Below are positions 9,749 through 19,600 of a DNA stretch of 64,000 nucleotides, in pieces. Within the stretch, counting starts at the first letter, position 1, and each line of letters opens with the position of its first letter. Source of the stretch: Nitrososphaerota archaeon (GTDB taxonomy: Archaea; Thermoproteota; EX4484-205; JAAOZP01); assembly GCA_011605725.1 (NCBI GenBank), contig JAAOZP010000017.1, positions 1 through 64,000 on the forward strand, read 5' to 3'. Below the pieces are notes generated by a model, which was given only the letters and a program-made list of their open reading frames with translations, searched no databases and was not told the DNA's origin. A program made the position numbers and the translations under genes.

Positions 9749-10750
9749 ATGGAGGATACGAATCCTTTCGAAACACCGGGCTCCTGGATGAAGGGGAATA
9801 TTCACGCTCACACGACTAATTCCGACGGAACACTGTCCCCCGAGAAGACGATGGATTACTACTCCAGCTACGGCTATGATTTCCTAGCTTTGACAGACCA
9901 TGGCAAGCTTACGAAAGCCTCTTCGGAGAAACTCCTGTTAATCCCTGGGGTTGAACTTGTTTCTGGGAAAAGTGTTTTAGGAGGGGACTATCATGTGGTA
10001 GCGATTAACGTTGAGGATGAGGAGGCTTTGCAGAAGCATGCGAAAGACTCGGTTCAAACACTGCTCGACTATTTGAAGGAAAACGGTTTCGCTGTGATCG
10101 CCCACCCATATTGGTCTAAGCTCACCACACAGGACCTGCTTAACATAACTAACTATCTCGGCATAGAGATATACAACACTGGGTGTGATGTTGAAGTTGC
10201 GAAAGGCTTTTCAACAATCCATTGGGATAACCTTTTGACGAACAGGATTAATGTTTACGGTTTCGCTGTTGACGACGCCCACTGGTATAGTAATCTGGAT
10301 GCTCCCGGAGGATGGATCTGCGTCAAGGTTAGAGAGAGAAGCCTGAGCGGGCTGATCAAATCCATAGAGAAGGGTCTATTCTACGCTTCAACCGGCCCGG
10401 TTATCAAAAGGTTTTCTTACGCGTCTAACGGGCTTGAAGCCGAGTTTTCAACAGTAAGAAGAGTCGACGTGGTTTCCGAGAATGGAACGGGCTTCAGCAT
10501 CTCGACGGATGTTTACAATATTGTTAGGAGGAAACCCGGGATTCAGAGAATCAGGATTGTGAAAACAGGCAGGAAGAACGGCGGTGAGGAAGTCTATGCG
10601 GAGATCCGTGGAAAGAGTGCAGTTTTCAAGCTATCTAAATCAGGTTTAAGCTATGTTAGGCTGGAAGGGTTCGACTTTAAAAGCTACGTGCGGCTTGAAA
10701 TCACGGACGCGAACGGTAGGAAAGCATGGACAAACCCTGTTTTCCTATGA
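9749..10750 (+). CDS. PHP-domain metallohydrolase (CehA/McbA-like)
   Basis: KGNIHAHTTNSDG, TDH, AHPYWS, DDAH, AWTNP C-terminus. Confidence 0.85.
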   Translation: MEDTNPFETPGSWMKGNIHAHTTNSDGTLSPEKTMDYYSSYGYDFLALTDHGKLTKASSEKLLLIPGVELVSGKSVLGGDYHVVAINVEDEEALQKHAKDSVQTLLDYLKENGFAVIAHPYWSKLTTQDLLNITNYLGIEIYNTGCDVEVAKGFSTIHWDNLLTNRINVYGFAVDDAHWYSNLDAPGGWICVKVRERSLSGLIKSIEKGLFYASTGPVIKRFSYASNGLEAEFSTVRRVDVVSENGTGFSISTDVYNIVRRKPGIQRIRIVKTGRKNGGEEVYAEIRGKSAVFKLSKSGLSYVRLEGFDFKSYVRLEITDANGRKAWTNPVFL

Positions 10751-10753
10751 CTA

Positions 10754-10785
10754 TTAGCATAACGCTTTAGCATAACGCTTATGCT
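10754..10785. repeat. 13-bp tandem duplication with overlapping hairpin
   Basis: TTAGCATAACGCT x2 (10754-10779); AGCATAA-CGC-TTATGCT inverted repeat (10769-10785); lies between convergent genes. Confidence 0.7.
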
Positions 10786-10905
10786 TGCCTTAACCATTTA
10801 GCTTAAGCTGAACCCTTAAGGCTGAGGAAGTCTTAAACCAGGAATAGGCTTAGCAGGATTAGCCCTAGATACGGGGCAGCAGCCTTTCGCCAGGCGGAGA
10901 GAATG

Positions 10906-11766
10906 TTAAAGCATGTGTGAACCGTCGCATGTCTCAGCAGTATGAAGCTCTGGAAAACCCTCTCTGCATGATGCGAAACCCATGGAGAGTTCTTCAGCAA
11001 CCTCCCTCACTTTTAAAATAAGCTCTCTGCGGAGACTCTCAGCCATGTAGGTTGACCTGCCTACGCGCTCGCCGCGCGAGTAAACATTCTTAAGCTCATC
11101 CTCCAATTCCGGAAACGCTGTTAAAACTCTTTTGAAATTATCAGGCTTAGCCTTGTAGGTTGAGGTTGTAACCTGTCTGACGCCCGCTTCAAACGCTGCT
11201 TTAAGAATTGCACTGATAGTATCCGAATCATCATTAACCCCGGGAATAATGGGGTCAAGCCTAATCATCGTCGGTATTCCAGCTCTGCTTAAAGCTTCAA
11301 GCGCCCGAAGCCTACTAACAGGCGGCGGGGCGAAGGGTTCAAGCCTCTTTGCAACATGCCCGTTAAGCGTCGTGACGGTTATGCTTACGCAAACCCTTCC
11401 TTTAGAAAGTATATCAATATCCCTAGCCACCAGGTTTGATTTAGTAACTATTAGCAGTTTAAACCCGTTTCTGATTAAGACTGGAAGAACCTCCCTCATG
11501 AGAAGGTTCTGAGCCTCTGCAGGGGTATACGGGTCTGAACTGTTAGCGATCGACACCGGCATACTTCTGTCAAGCTTCTTCACCTCTTTCTCAAGCTGCA
11601 GAATAGTGAACTCCTTAACCCTGGGTTGAAACGCTCCGGGAACGTATGAAGTTATGTAGCAGTAGACACACCTGTGCCCACACCCCCGGTATGGTGAGAA
11701 ACTATATTTTGGGGGGCATGTGCACAGCCTGCCACGCCACGGGTCAAACGGGGTTATGAGTTTCAA
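10906..11766 (-). CDS. Radical SAM protein (SPL/COG1533-like)
   Basis: PYRGCGHRCVYCY CxxxCxxC motif, SDPY, TKS, RLDPIIPG. Confidence 0.88.
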   Translation of the reverse strand: MKLITPFDPWRGRLCTCPPKYSFSPYRGCGHRCVYCYITSYVPGAFQPRVKEFTILQLEKEVKKLDRSMPVSIANSSDPYTPAEAQNLLMREVLPVLIRNGFKLLIVTKSNLVARDIDILSKGRVCVSITVTTLNGHVAKRLEPFAPPPVSRLRALEALSRAGIPTMIRLDPIIPGVNDDSDTISAILKAAFEAGVRQVTTSTYKAKPDNFKRVLTAFPELEDELKNVYSRGERVGRSTYMAESLRRELILKVREVAEELSMGFASCREGFPELHTAETCDGSHML

Positions 11767-11824
11767 GACTCAGGCTTCTCAAAAGTTGAACGATTAAGAC
11801 GATAAAAGCTTTTAACGAATGTTT

Positions 11825-13201
11825 TTAACCATATTTTGCAAGCGTTTCTTTAAGCCTTGTTTCCGCGTACCTAACTATCTCCTCCAGGGCCTGCCTGCTT
11901 CTCGCCTCAGCCGCCAGCTTAACCTGCGGAAGCGTGTTTGAAGCCCTTAAGATGAACCAGCCGTCTTCAAGCTCAACCCTAACCCCGTCTATAGTTATAG
12001 TCTTACGCCCTTCCTTTTCGAACACGCGTGCCAGGTCGTTAACCACCATGAACTTAACCTTGTCTGGAACACCATAATCCTTCCTTAGAAACTCGTATTT
12101 AGGCAGCTCAGAAACTAGTTCAGAAAGCTTTCTACCGGTTAAAGTTAGAAGCTGAGCAACTTTAAGCGTTGCGAAAATAGCGTCGTCCAAACCGTAGATT
12201 TCACCGAAGTAGAGGTGGCTAGATATCTCTCCGCCGAAAAAAGCCTTCTCAGACACCATCTTACCCAGTATGAAAGTGTGGCCCACCCTGCTCATCACAG
12301 GCACCACCCTGTTTTCCCTCGAGACTTCCTCAACCAGTTTTGAGCAGCTGACTTCGTAAACTATCTTCTCACCAGGCTTATCCCTGAGAAAATGCTTCAC
12401 GAAAAGCGCCAAGACTACGTCCCCACGAATAACGTTTCCCTCATCGTCCACAAATAGAGCCCTATCGCCGTCACCATCGTAGCCAACCCCGAAATCATAC
12501 CCCCCGTCCTTAACCATCTTTCTTAGAGCGCTTAGAGACTCTTCAGTAGGCTCAGGCGACCGAGACGGGAAGCCACCGTCAGGATAATCGTTCATCGATT
12601 CCACTGTCAAACCCGATTTCTGAAGTATTTTTTTACCGATTACTGAGCACGACCCGTTTCCAGGGTCTATAAGAACCTTAAGCCTCCCGATTCTCCCTTT
12701 GAAACTGTCAAGCAAGTAATTCTCATATTCCTCCAGAATCCTTTCCCCAGCATCCTCCACCCGTCCTTTAAAAGCGGAATAGCGGAACATTTTAGAATCA
12801 ATTATTTTCTTAACCTCCTCTAAGCCTGTTCCCCAGCCGCAGAGAAGAGCGTTCTCCCTGCAGAGTTTAAATCCGTTCCATTCAGGAGGATTGTGGCTAC
12901 TCGTTACAACTACCCCTCCATCAAGATTCCAGCTGGCGACAGCGAAGTAGACTATTGGAGTGGGCACAAGACCTAGGCTGAGGACTGTGGCACCAGTTAA
13001 GGATAGGCCGTCAATCAGCGCTGATGCGAGACTCCTGCTGCTTTTTCTAACATCCCATCCAACAGAGATCCTCTTTCCCTCGCCACCTAGATAGGTGGCG
13101 AATGCTAAACCTATTAGTTTAGCATCTTCCTCAGCAAAGTCTCTACCGTATACACCCCTAACATCATACGCGCGAAATATCTCTTCCCTCATGCTCGTCA
13201 C
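11825..13201 (-). CDS. Phosphomannomutase/phosphoglucomutase
   Basis: FRAYDVRG, TSSHNP phosphoserine loop, DGDGDR, GEISSH, RASNT. Confidence 0.95.
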   Translation of the reverse strand: MTSMREEIFRAYDVRGVYGRDFAEEDAKLIGLAFATYLGGEGKRISVGWDVRKSSRSLASALIDGLSLTGATVLSLGLVPTPIVYFAVASWNLDGGVVVTSSHNPPEWNGFKLCRENALLCGWGTGLEEVKKIIDSKMFRYSAFKGRVEDAGERILEEYENYLLDSFKGRIGRLKVLIDPGNGSCSVIGKKILQKSGLTVESMNDYPDGGFPSRSPEPTEESLSALRKMVKDGGYDFGVGYDGDGDRALFVDDEGNVIRGDVVLALFVKHFLRDKPGEKIVYEVSCSKLVEEVSRENRVVPVMSRVGHTFILGKMVSEKAFFGGEISSHLYFGEIYGLDDAIFATLKVAQLLTLTGRKLSELVSELPKYEFLRKDYGVPDKVKFMVVNDLARVFEKEGRKTITIDGVRVELEDGWFILRASNTLPQVKLAAEARSRQALEEIVRYAETRLKETLAKYG

Positions 13202-13392
13202 AATGGTGTTTTAAACCTATATAAACCGATTGGTTCCATTTGATGAATATTGAGCAATCCAGTAAACTCTCACGTTTCCCCAAACAGTATGCTGCACGCT
13301 TGTTTCAAGATGTTCACATATGCGTTTAGAATAGCGTGCAGCGTTTTGCGACAGCACACTGTATTAAAAAAGCTTTAACACTAGTGTTTAAA

Positions 13393-14013
13393 TCAGACGG
13401 TTGTGAACGACTTATCCATCCTTCTCCCATACCTGTTAAAGGAAACAATATCCTCCAGCCTGCGCTTGGGAACATGAAGAACACCGTTCACATCCCTCCA
13501 GTATTTCACGTCATCATTCTTCATATCTTCAACAATAGGTTCTTCAGCCCTGTATCCGAGGGCTACGACGAAGCATATCCTGCAGTGCTCAGGTATTGAA
13601 AGGATTTCCCTAAGCTTCTCACGGTCTACTGAAGCCATCCAGCATGCGCCAACACCCTCCTCCCAGGCTGTTAAAACCATGTTTTCAATAGCGGCAGCAC
13701 AGTCAACCTCGCCTCCTTCAGCCTTCTTTCTCGTGTTAACCAAGACGACAATGTAGGCAGTCGGCCTCTCGCCCTCCCTCGGAGCACCAGAGGGGCCAAG
13801 ATACATTGCCCATTTAAGCGTGTTGAAAACCTTGTCGAGCAAGTCATTCTCAGTCACTAAAACATACTCGCAAGGCTGAATGTTTCCACCGGATGGGGCG
13901 AGCCTAGCAGCGTTTAAAAGCTTCTTAAAAACATGCATGGGAATCGGTTTCTGAGTAAACCTGCGTATGGTTCTCCGGCTCACAGCAGCATCATACACGT
14001 TCAACACACCCAC
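13393..14013 (-). CDS. Nitroreductase family protein
   Basis: RRTIRRF, APSGGNIQP, GVGACW, HVPKR. Confidence 0.9.
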   Translation of the reverse strand: MGVLNVYDAAVSRRTIRRFTQKPIPMHVFKKLLNAARLAPSGGNIQPCEYVLVTENDLLDKVFNTLKWAMYLGPSGAPREGERPTAYIVVLVNTRKKAEGGEVDCAAAIENMVLTAWEEGVGACWMASVDREKLREILSIPEHCRICFVVALGYRAEEPIVEDMKNDDVKYWRDVNGVLHVPKRRLEDIVSFNRYGRRMDKSFTTV

Positions 14014-14066
14014 CTAAACGTTTCTCGCTTAACGTCTTTTTAAGGCTGTTGCCGCCGATTGAACCG

Positions 14067-14531
14067 TTACGGAACCTTCATCACTCTAGCGTTGAGAAGC
14101 CTTACGATGTCGATGGGCGAGATTTCAAGAGTCGCGTTAACAGCCCCTCCCCCAGCGTAAACCTTCTCTTTGCTCAGCAGGCTTTCGTCAACAATAGCAA
14201 GCACCTGTTTAACATGGCCGACTGGCGGCACAGCTCCAGCCACATACCCTGTGTGGTTTAAAACTTCCTCCTCAGTGGCTAACCGTAGTTTCCGGAAACC
14301 GAGTGTTTTAGCAAGCTTATCCTGGTTAACTCTGCGTCCACCTGGGACAACCACTATAAGCGGCTCCTTATTCTCGTTTACGAAGACAACTGTTTTAGCG
14401 ACCTGCTCTAGACTGATCCCGAGCTCCCTGCTTGCTTTTTCAGCAGAATAAGTTTCCCCGTGGAAAAGTATTCTATGTTTCACGCTCCGGCTTTCAAGGA
14501 AGACCTCCAGATCCCTGCTCGACAGCGGCAT
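14067..14531 (-). CDS. YbaK/EbsC aminoacyl-tRNA deacylase family
   Basis: AKTVV, GYVAGAVPPVG, AGGG; divergent from TyrRS. Confidence 0.9.
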   Translation of the reverse strand: MPLSSRDLEVFLESRSVKHRILFHGETYSAEKASRELGISLEQVAKTVVFVNENKEPLIVVVPGGRRVNQDKLAKTLGFRKLRLATEEEVLNHTGYVAGAVPPVGHVKQVLAIVDESLLSKEKVYAGGGAVNATLEISPIDIVRLLNARVMKVP

Positions 14532-14605
14532 TTTCAGGAACAGTTTGAAAACCTGTTTTTATCTTTTAAGCATGCATACTCTACTAAAATATTTAAAAAC
14601 AAACG

Positions 14606-15712
14606 TTGAAAAAAGGATTCAGCTTGGATGTAGAGGAAAGACTTGAGCTCGTTAAAAGCGTTGGCGAGGAGATCGTAACCCTGGATGAGCTTAGGATGCT
14701 TCTTGAAACAAAAGAGCATCCCGTCGCCTACGACGGTTTCGAGCCATCTGGGCTTGCGCACATAGCGTTCGGACTGTTCAGGCCGATTCTCCTTGAACCC
14801 TTGATTAAGGCGGGGATAAGGTTTAAGCTTTACCTTGCCGACTGGTTTGCCTGGATAAACCGGAAGCTCGGGGGGGACTTGGAGAAGATAAGGGTCTGCG
14901 GTGAATACTTCATAGAGGTTTGGAAGGCCGCTGGGGTTGATTTCAGCAGTGTTGAAACAGTCTGGGCGAGCGATATTGTTGATTCAAGCGAATACTGGAG
15001 GAACGTGATACAGGTTGCTAAGCTAACAACGGTTTCCAGGGCTGAGAGAGCATTGACAATAATGGGTAGGAAGAAAGGGGAGTTGAAGGATGTCGCCCAA
15101 TACTTCTACCCCATGATGCAAGTCACTGATATCTTCATGCTTGGCGCAGACATTTGTCAGCTGGGGCTTGACCAGAGAAGGGCGAACATGCTTGCTAGAG
15201 AAGTTGGGCCGAAGCTTGGATACTGGAAGCCCGTGGTAGTCAGCCACCACATGCTTATGGGTCTTCAAGGAGTGAGGGAACCGGAAGGCTTCGACGAGGA
15301 TAAGAATATAGATGTTCAAATAAGCTCGAAAATGAGTAAGAGTAAGCCGGAGTCAAGCATATTTGTGCATGATTCTCGGGAAACAATATTTAAGAAAATT
15401 CTTTCAGCATACTGTCCGGAGAAGGTTGTTGAGAACAATCCAGTATTAGACTGGACGAAACACATAGTCTTCAGGAAATTCAAGAGTTTACGGGTTGAAA
15501 GGCTTCCTAAGCATGGTGGGCCCGTGGAGTTCCACACGTATGAGGAGTTAGAGTCAGCCTATGTTAAGGGTCTTCTCCATCCGCTTGACTTGAAAAACGC
15601 TGTGGCCGACGTGATCGACAAGATGGTTGAGCCGATAAGAAGACATTTTGAGGAGAACAGTAGGGCTAGAGAACTCTACGAGGAGTTGAGGAAGACAGAA
15701 GTGTCAAGGTAG
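14606..15712 (+). CDS. tyrS: Tyrosine--tRNA ligase (archaeal type)
   Basis: YDGFEPSG, ADWFA, YPMMQVTD, GLDQR, KMSKS, LHPLDLK. Confidence 0.96.
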   Translation: MKKGFSLDVEERLELVKSVGEEIVTLDELRMLLETKEHPVAYDGFEPSGLAHIAFGLFRPILLEPLIKAGIRFKLYLADWFAWINRKLGGDLEKIRVCGEYFIEVWKAAGVDFSSVETVWASDIVDSSEYWRNVIQVAKLTTVSRAERALTIMGRKKGELKDVAQYFYPMMQVTDIFMLGADICQLGLDQRRANMLAREVGPKLGYWKPVVVSHHMLMGLQGVREPEGFDEDKNIDVQISSKMSKSKPESSIFVHDSRETIFKKILSAYCPEKVVENNPVLDWTKHIVFRKFKSLRVERLPKHGGPVEFHTYEELESAYVKGLLHPLDLKNAVADVIDKMVEPIRRHFEENSRARELYEELRKTEVSR

Positions 15713-15755
15713 TTCTTCATTTAACCTTTTTCCAAAAAGTAGCTATACGGTTATG

Positions 15756-17873
15756 TCACACTAATTTTAGAAGCCTCGGCTTCTCAGCCACCTGAAGTAT
15801 TGTTGAAAACAGTCCTTCGAACGCTGTCTTCACATTGTCATCGTGAGCAGGCTCGTTCAGCATGAATATGGCTGAACCATCCTTAGCTGAGACAAGCTCG
15901 ATCGCGTGTCGGGCGAAAGCATACGCCTGCTCCATGCTTGTTGAGAGAATCATGTCAGAGATGTCGAGAATAATCCAAGTATGCATCTCTGAATCCAGAG
16001 ACCTGTTTATAGCGTTAATCATTTGAGTAACATCGTCGAAGGAAACGCTTTCACCAGGCTTAGCACCCACGGTGACTACAGGGATGAGCTTAACGTTCTC
16101 TAAAGTCGGAATCTGCGATAATACTCCGCTCGCAGGCCTGAGAAGCATGACGCATCTTTCAGTGTTAGCATATATCTCGCGTACAGCCTTAGCCACATAG
16201 GGCTCGTAAAGATATTTCGGATTATATTCGAGAAGTATTTTTCTACGAATAAGCCTGTCATGCGTCAAGCCGAAAGCCTCTGAGAAAGCGTTCAGATCCT
16301 CTGCACGACAGTCCTCCACGCAGATGAGACGAGTTATTCGAGACCTACCGATATCCGTCGAAAGCCTATCCACTAGGGAGTAATAGGTCTTCCAGACACC
16401 CTTAGCCCCGGAATTAAGCATGAAGACCCTTCTCACCACCCCCAGATAGTTTTCAAACAAATCAGCGTTTTCTCTCGCCAAGTAGGCTGAGACTGCTGAT
16501 AGAAGCACGTTGAAAGCCTCCCTAACTGCTTCAACTCTTCTTCCATTAGGAATCGTCCTAACGTAGGCGACTAAGCGTTCAACACCTATTTCCCCGTCTG
16601 TCGAAACATCAAGATGCTTCACCACATCCATGCTCCTCATCTTCTTGAAGAACTCTGGTGCCAACGGACCTGCGATATGCTTTCGAACAGGCAGAAGCAG
16701 CCGCCTATATGTGCGGACAACAGCCTCCCACTCGGGGAGACCCTCTAAGGAAGCGTCTGGACTGATGAAGGATAGAAACTCGCCGGTGGCCAGCCCGTAT
16801 ATAATGTCGGTTTTCTTAAGATACTCCTGATGGTTCATAATTATGGTTTTAAAGGCTTCCTTCTCATCCTGAGACTTTAAATTGAAATATATGCTTTCAA
16901 GGACCTCCATCAACTCGTCCGCAGCCCTGTGAGCCCAATCTCTAGTTTCAAAATACTCCAGCGTTTTATCCAAAGCCTGAATACTGTTAAGACTTTCAAT
17001 CTTCTCCGCATTCAAAATGATTCTCAGCCTATCATAAGTAACCACGTCACTGAGACGAGTCTTATCCAAGTATTCTAAAAGATCCATGGTCTTCAAACCA
17101 AGCTCATCTGGAGGAGCAATATCGATCAGCTTATTAAGAAATTTCTGATAAGAGTTCGTTAAAGGATTGCCCATACCTGTCAATACAATTTCTTTAGGTG
17201 GACCTATGGCAAAAGAATATGAGAGGAATACAAAGGACAAGAAGTAGAATGGGCCGCTAGTAGGCGGGATATTTTCAAAAGAAATCAAAAGAGCGTTAAG
17301 GAGCATTATACCCATTATTTGAAATACAGTGAAGCCAAATAACATCAAACTATACTTTTTTCTTAGCCAAGGAGCTTTAGCCCTTTTTATTGAATTATAG
17401 AGGACAATTGTTATAAATATAGAATATCCAGTCATGTATAAGAATGTTACTATACCTTCAATAGTGAGGGGTGGATTTGGAATAAATACCCATCCGAAAT
17501 CTGATAACTTTGCTTTGTACGATATGAAAGCTGAAACAGTTACAATAAAAACTGGTGGGATGAGTATTAGATAGTAATCTTTTTCTTTTTCACCATTAGC
17601 TATGAACCCATACACTAGATATGCTAATAGCCCAATTGAAACGAAGTATAACGAGTTTGAAACTCTAAACAGTCTTAATGACAGATCTACATCAGGTACG
17701 GCCAGTTTAAAGGCGTTAGTGAAGAGATGTAACGAGGTTGCCAATCCGTAAATGAAAAATCGTTGGTGTAAAATTGAGTGACGTTGCTTTAGTAGAATAT
17801 CTAGAGATAGTAAAAATGACAATATGCCAGTTATAATATAAATGGAAGACCATATTATTGAACCCTCCCCCAT
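15756..17873 (-). CDS. Membrane receptor-like protein: N-terminal 7TM (HisKA_7TM-like), helical middle, C-terminal degenerate KaiC/RecA (DUF835-like) domain
   Basis: Start MGEG with GGAGG SD; about 7 hydrophobic helices in the first ~230 aa; C-terminal KILLEYNP (no Walker A Lys), WIILDISDM, AIFMLNEPAHD..FEGLFSTILQV; no His-kinase H-box. Confidence 0.7.
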   Translation of the reverse strand: MGEGSIIWSSIYIITGILSFLLSLDILLKQRHSILHQRFFIYGLATSLHLFTNAFKLAVPDVDLSLRLFRVSNSLYFVSIGLLAYLVYGFIANGEKEKDYYLILIPPVFIVTVSAFISYKAKLSDFGWVFIPNPPLTIEGIVTFLYMTGYSIFITIVLYNSIKRAKAPWLRKKYSLMLFGFTVFQIMGIMLLNALLISFENIPPTSGPFYFLSFVFLSYSFAIGPPKEIVLTGMGNPLTNSYQKFLNKLIDIAPPDELGLKTMDLLEYLDKTRLSDVVTYDRLRIILNAEKIESLNSIQALDKTLEYFETRDWAHRAADELMEVLESIYFNLKSQDEKEAFKTIIMNHQEYLKKTDIIYGLATGEFLSFISPDASLEGLPEWEAVVRTYRRLLLPVRKHIAGPLAPEFFKKMRSMDVVKHLDVSTDGEIGVERLVAYVRTIPNGRRVEAVREAFNVLLSAVSAYLARENADLFENYLGVVRRVFMLNSGAKGVWKTYYSLVDRLSTDIGRSRITRLICVEDCRAEDLNAFSEAFGLTHDRLIRRKILLEYNPKYLYEPYVAKAVREIYANTERCVMLLRPASGVLSQIPTLENVKLIPVVTVGAKPGESVSFDDVTQMINAINRSLDSEMHTWIILDISDMILSTSMEQAYAFARHAIELVSAKDGSAIFMLNEPAHDDNVKTAFEGLFSTILQVAEKPRLLKLV

Positions 17874-17877
17874 ATTA

Positions 17878-19593
17878 CTATAACCTCCTAAGCTCCTCAC
17901 ATATATCATGTCTTTCCGGCGGAATTATTTTTGGTGGCTTAATCTGACCCATAGGAATTCCTCTTTTCCCCCTTTCCATCGTATATCGGAGAAAAGCCCC
18001 TGGTTTAAGATACTCTACTTCTATAATGTCATTAGGATCATTTATTTTGTTTTCAGCAACTAGATGTCTGAAATCCTCGCTGACTGCTAAAAATGCTTGA
18101 AATATCCTTCTCACGGCCTCTGATTTCTCTAAACCCCAAGTATTTTCCATAAGAATAAGAATTTTCTCATGCTCGTTAATAGACTTGGTAAATGCCCATT
18201 TATCTGACAGACTTAATCCGGCTCTAGCCATTATCTGTACTGCTAAAGCTTCAGTCACACGAGGAAGAAATCCGCGAATTGCTATTATTTGGTTTTTCCT
18301 ACCCCAAAAACGAAAAACAGGCATCCCATCGTCTCTCAAATCGATAACAAGCACAGTATCTCCAACATCATAACGTGAAAAAAGACTGCCAAATGGAGTG
18401 ACTATAAGATCGTAAACATAACCAGGCTTAATTTCATCTATTTTTCTTATAACTCCATTTTCATCCCTAAACTCAAAATAACAACTCCTTAGATTAGGCA
18501 TGAGGTCCCCTTTCCTATCTGGAGATCCAAACATTGCGATACCAAGCTCCGAGACACCATAGATACAAAGAGGATCTACTCCCAGCTTAGTCTTAATATA
18601 ATCAGCGTATAAAGCAGTATCAACACCGCCGATCATTAACCCTTTCAAGTCAAGATAATCCTTAAGGTTTCTCGGTTTCTTGAAAAGCTTAGCCCGAGTC
18701 CACTTCTGGAGAAGATAAAGCTTCGCAACACCTAAGTCCAGTGACCTATAGTATTCTTCAAAAAGAGTTTCGGGATTGGAGAAATACTCGCACATTAGGT
18801 ATATACTTGGTGCAATACCGCCTGCCAAATTCACGCTATGACCATTTTCAAGGTATTCTAATGCAACAAAAAATCGCCTTCTAGCTTCTGAAATCTCATC
18901 CATAACACTTACGGGAGGAATATCCGTCACTAGACCTTGGGAAGCTTTCCTTCCCCAACCCGTAAGAAACGGTGCGGATGTCGTGAAGTTTAAACCTCTA
19001 TCACCTTTCTCAAATTTTGTAACACCCCAAGAGTCGCTGCAAGCAATCAACGTCGTGGCTATTACGTCTCGCCTGAAATTCTCCCAGAAAAAATTACCAT
19101 GAACTATCCATTTCGGTTCACCTGTTGTGCCGCTTGTCTTAACCGCGAATGAGAAATCTCCAATTATGTAATCAGATAGCGAACTAGATGCAAGCCTCCC
19201 TATCCTGTCATAGTAGTCCCAGTATAGTTCTCCGGGCATCCTTGGAGAGGTTTTCTCCAGCCTTTCTATCTTCTTCTTGAATTCAAGCAGCACAGGATAA
19301 TCGCTGTAGCTTGTCACAGGAATATCGTTAATCGTCTGGAAACCGTTTGGACAAAGGGTTTTCGCCTGTGCAGTCCGTCCCCATCTGGCGAGGTGCTCCT
19401 TCAGCAGGGCCTCGTTTATCTCCAGCTGCTGTTCGAAAGGTTTCTCATAGAACTCGCAGCATTCCCGCCAAAGGTCTGCACTGCTAGCCAAAGTCTCCTT
19501 TTCATATTCTTCAGCCACTCTTAAAGCTTTTTCGCCTATCTCCGCAGGCGGATGTAGAACCAGAGGAGGGTGGAGGCTCTGCAAAGGCTGCAC
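17878..19593 (-). CDS. GH3-family acyl acid-amido synthetase (adenylate-forming)
   Basis: Motif I KTSGTTGEPK, motif II YGVSE, motif III RYDVGD, hinge FWGR, N-terminal PVTSYSDY, C-terminal GQIKPP. Confidence 0.85.
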   Translation of the reverse strand: MQPLQSLHPPLVLHPPAEIGEKALRVAEEYEKETLASSADLWRECCEFYEKPFEQQLEINEALLKEHLARWGRTAQAKTLCPNGFQTINDIPVTSYSDYPVLLEFKKKIERLEKTSPRMPGELYWDYYDRIGRLASSSLSDYIIGDFSFAVKTSGTTGEPKWIVHGNFFWENFRRDVIATTLIACSDSWGVTKFEKGDRGLNFTTSAPFLTGWGRKASQGLVTDIPPVSVMDEISEARRRFFVALEYLENGHSVNLAGGIAPSIYLMCEYFSNPETLFEEYYRSLDLGVAKLYLLQKWTRAKLFKKPRNLKDYLDLKGLMIGGVDTALYADYIKTKLGVDPLCIYGVSELGIAMFGSPDRKGDLMPNLRSCYFEFRDENGVIRKIDEIKPGYVYDLIVTPFGSLFSRYDVGDTVLVIDLRDDGMPVFRFWGRKNQIIAIRGFLPRVTEALAVQIMARAGLSLSDKWAFTKSINEHEKILILMENTWGLEKSEAVRRIFQAFLAVSEDFRHLVAENKINDPNDIIEVEYLKPGAFLRYTMERGKRGIPMGQIKPPKIIPPERHDICEELRRL

Positions 19594-19600
19594 GCTCGAG

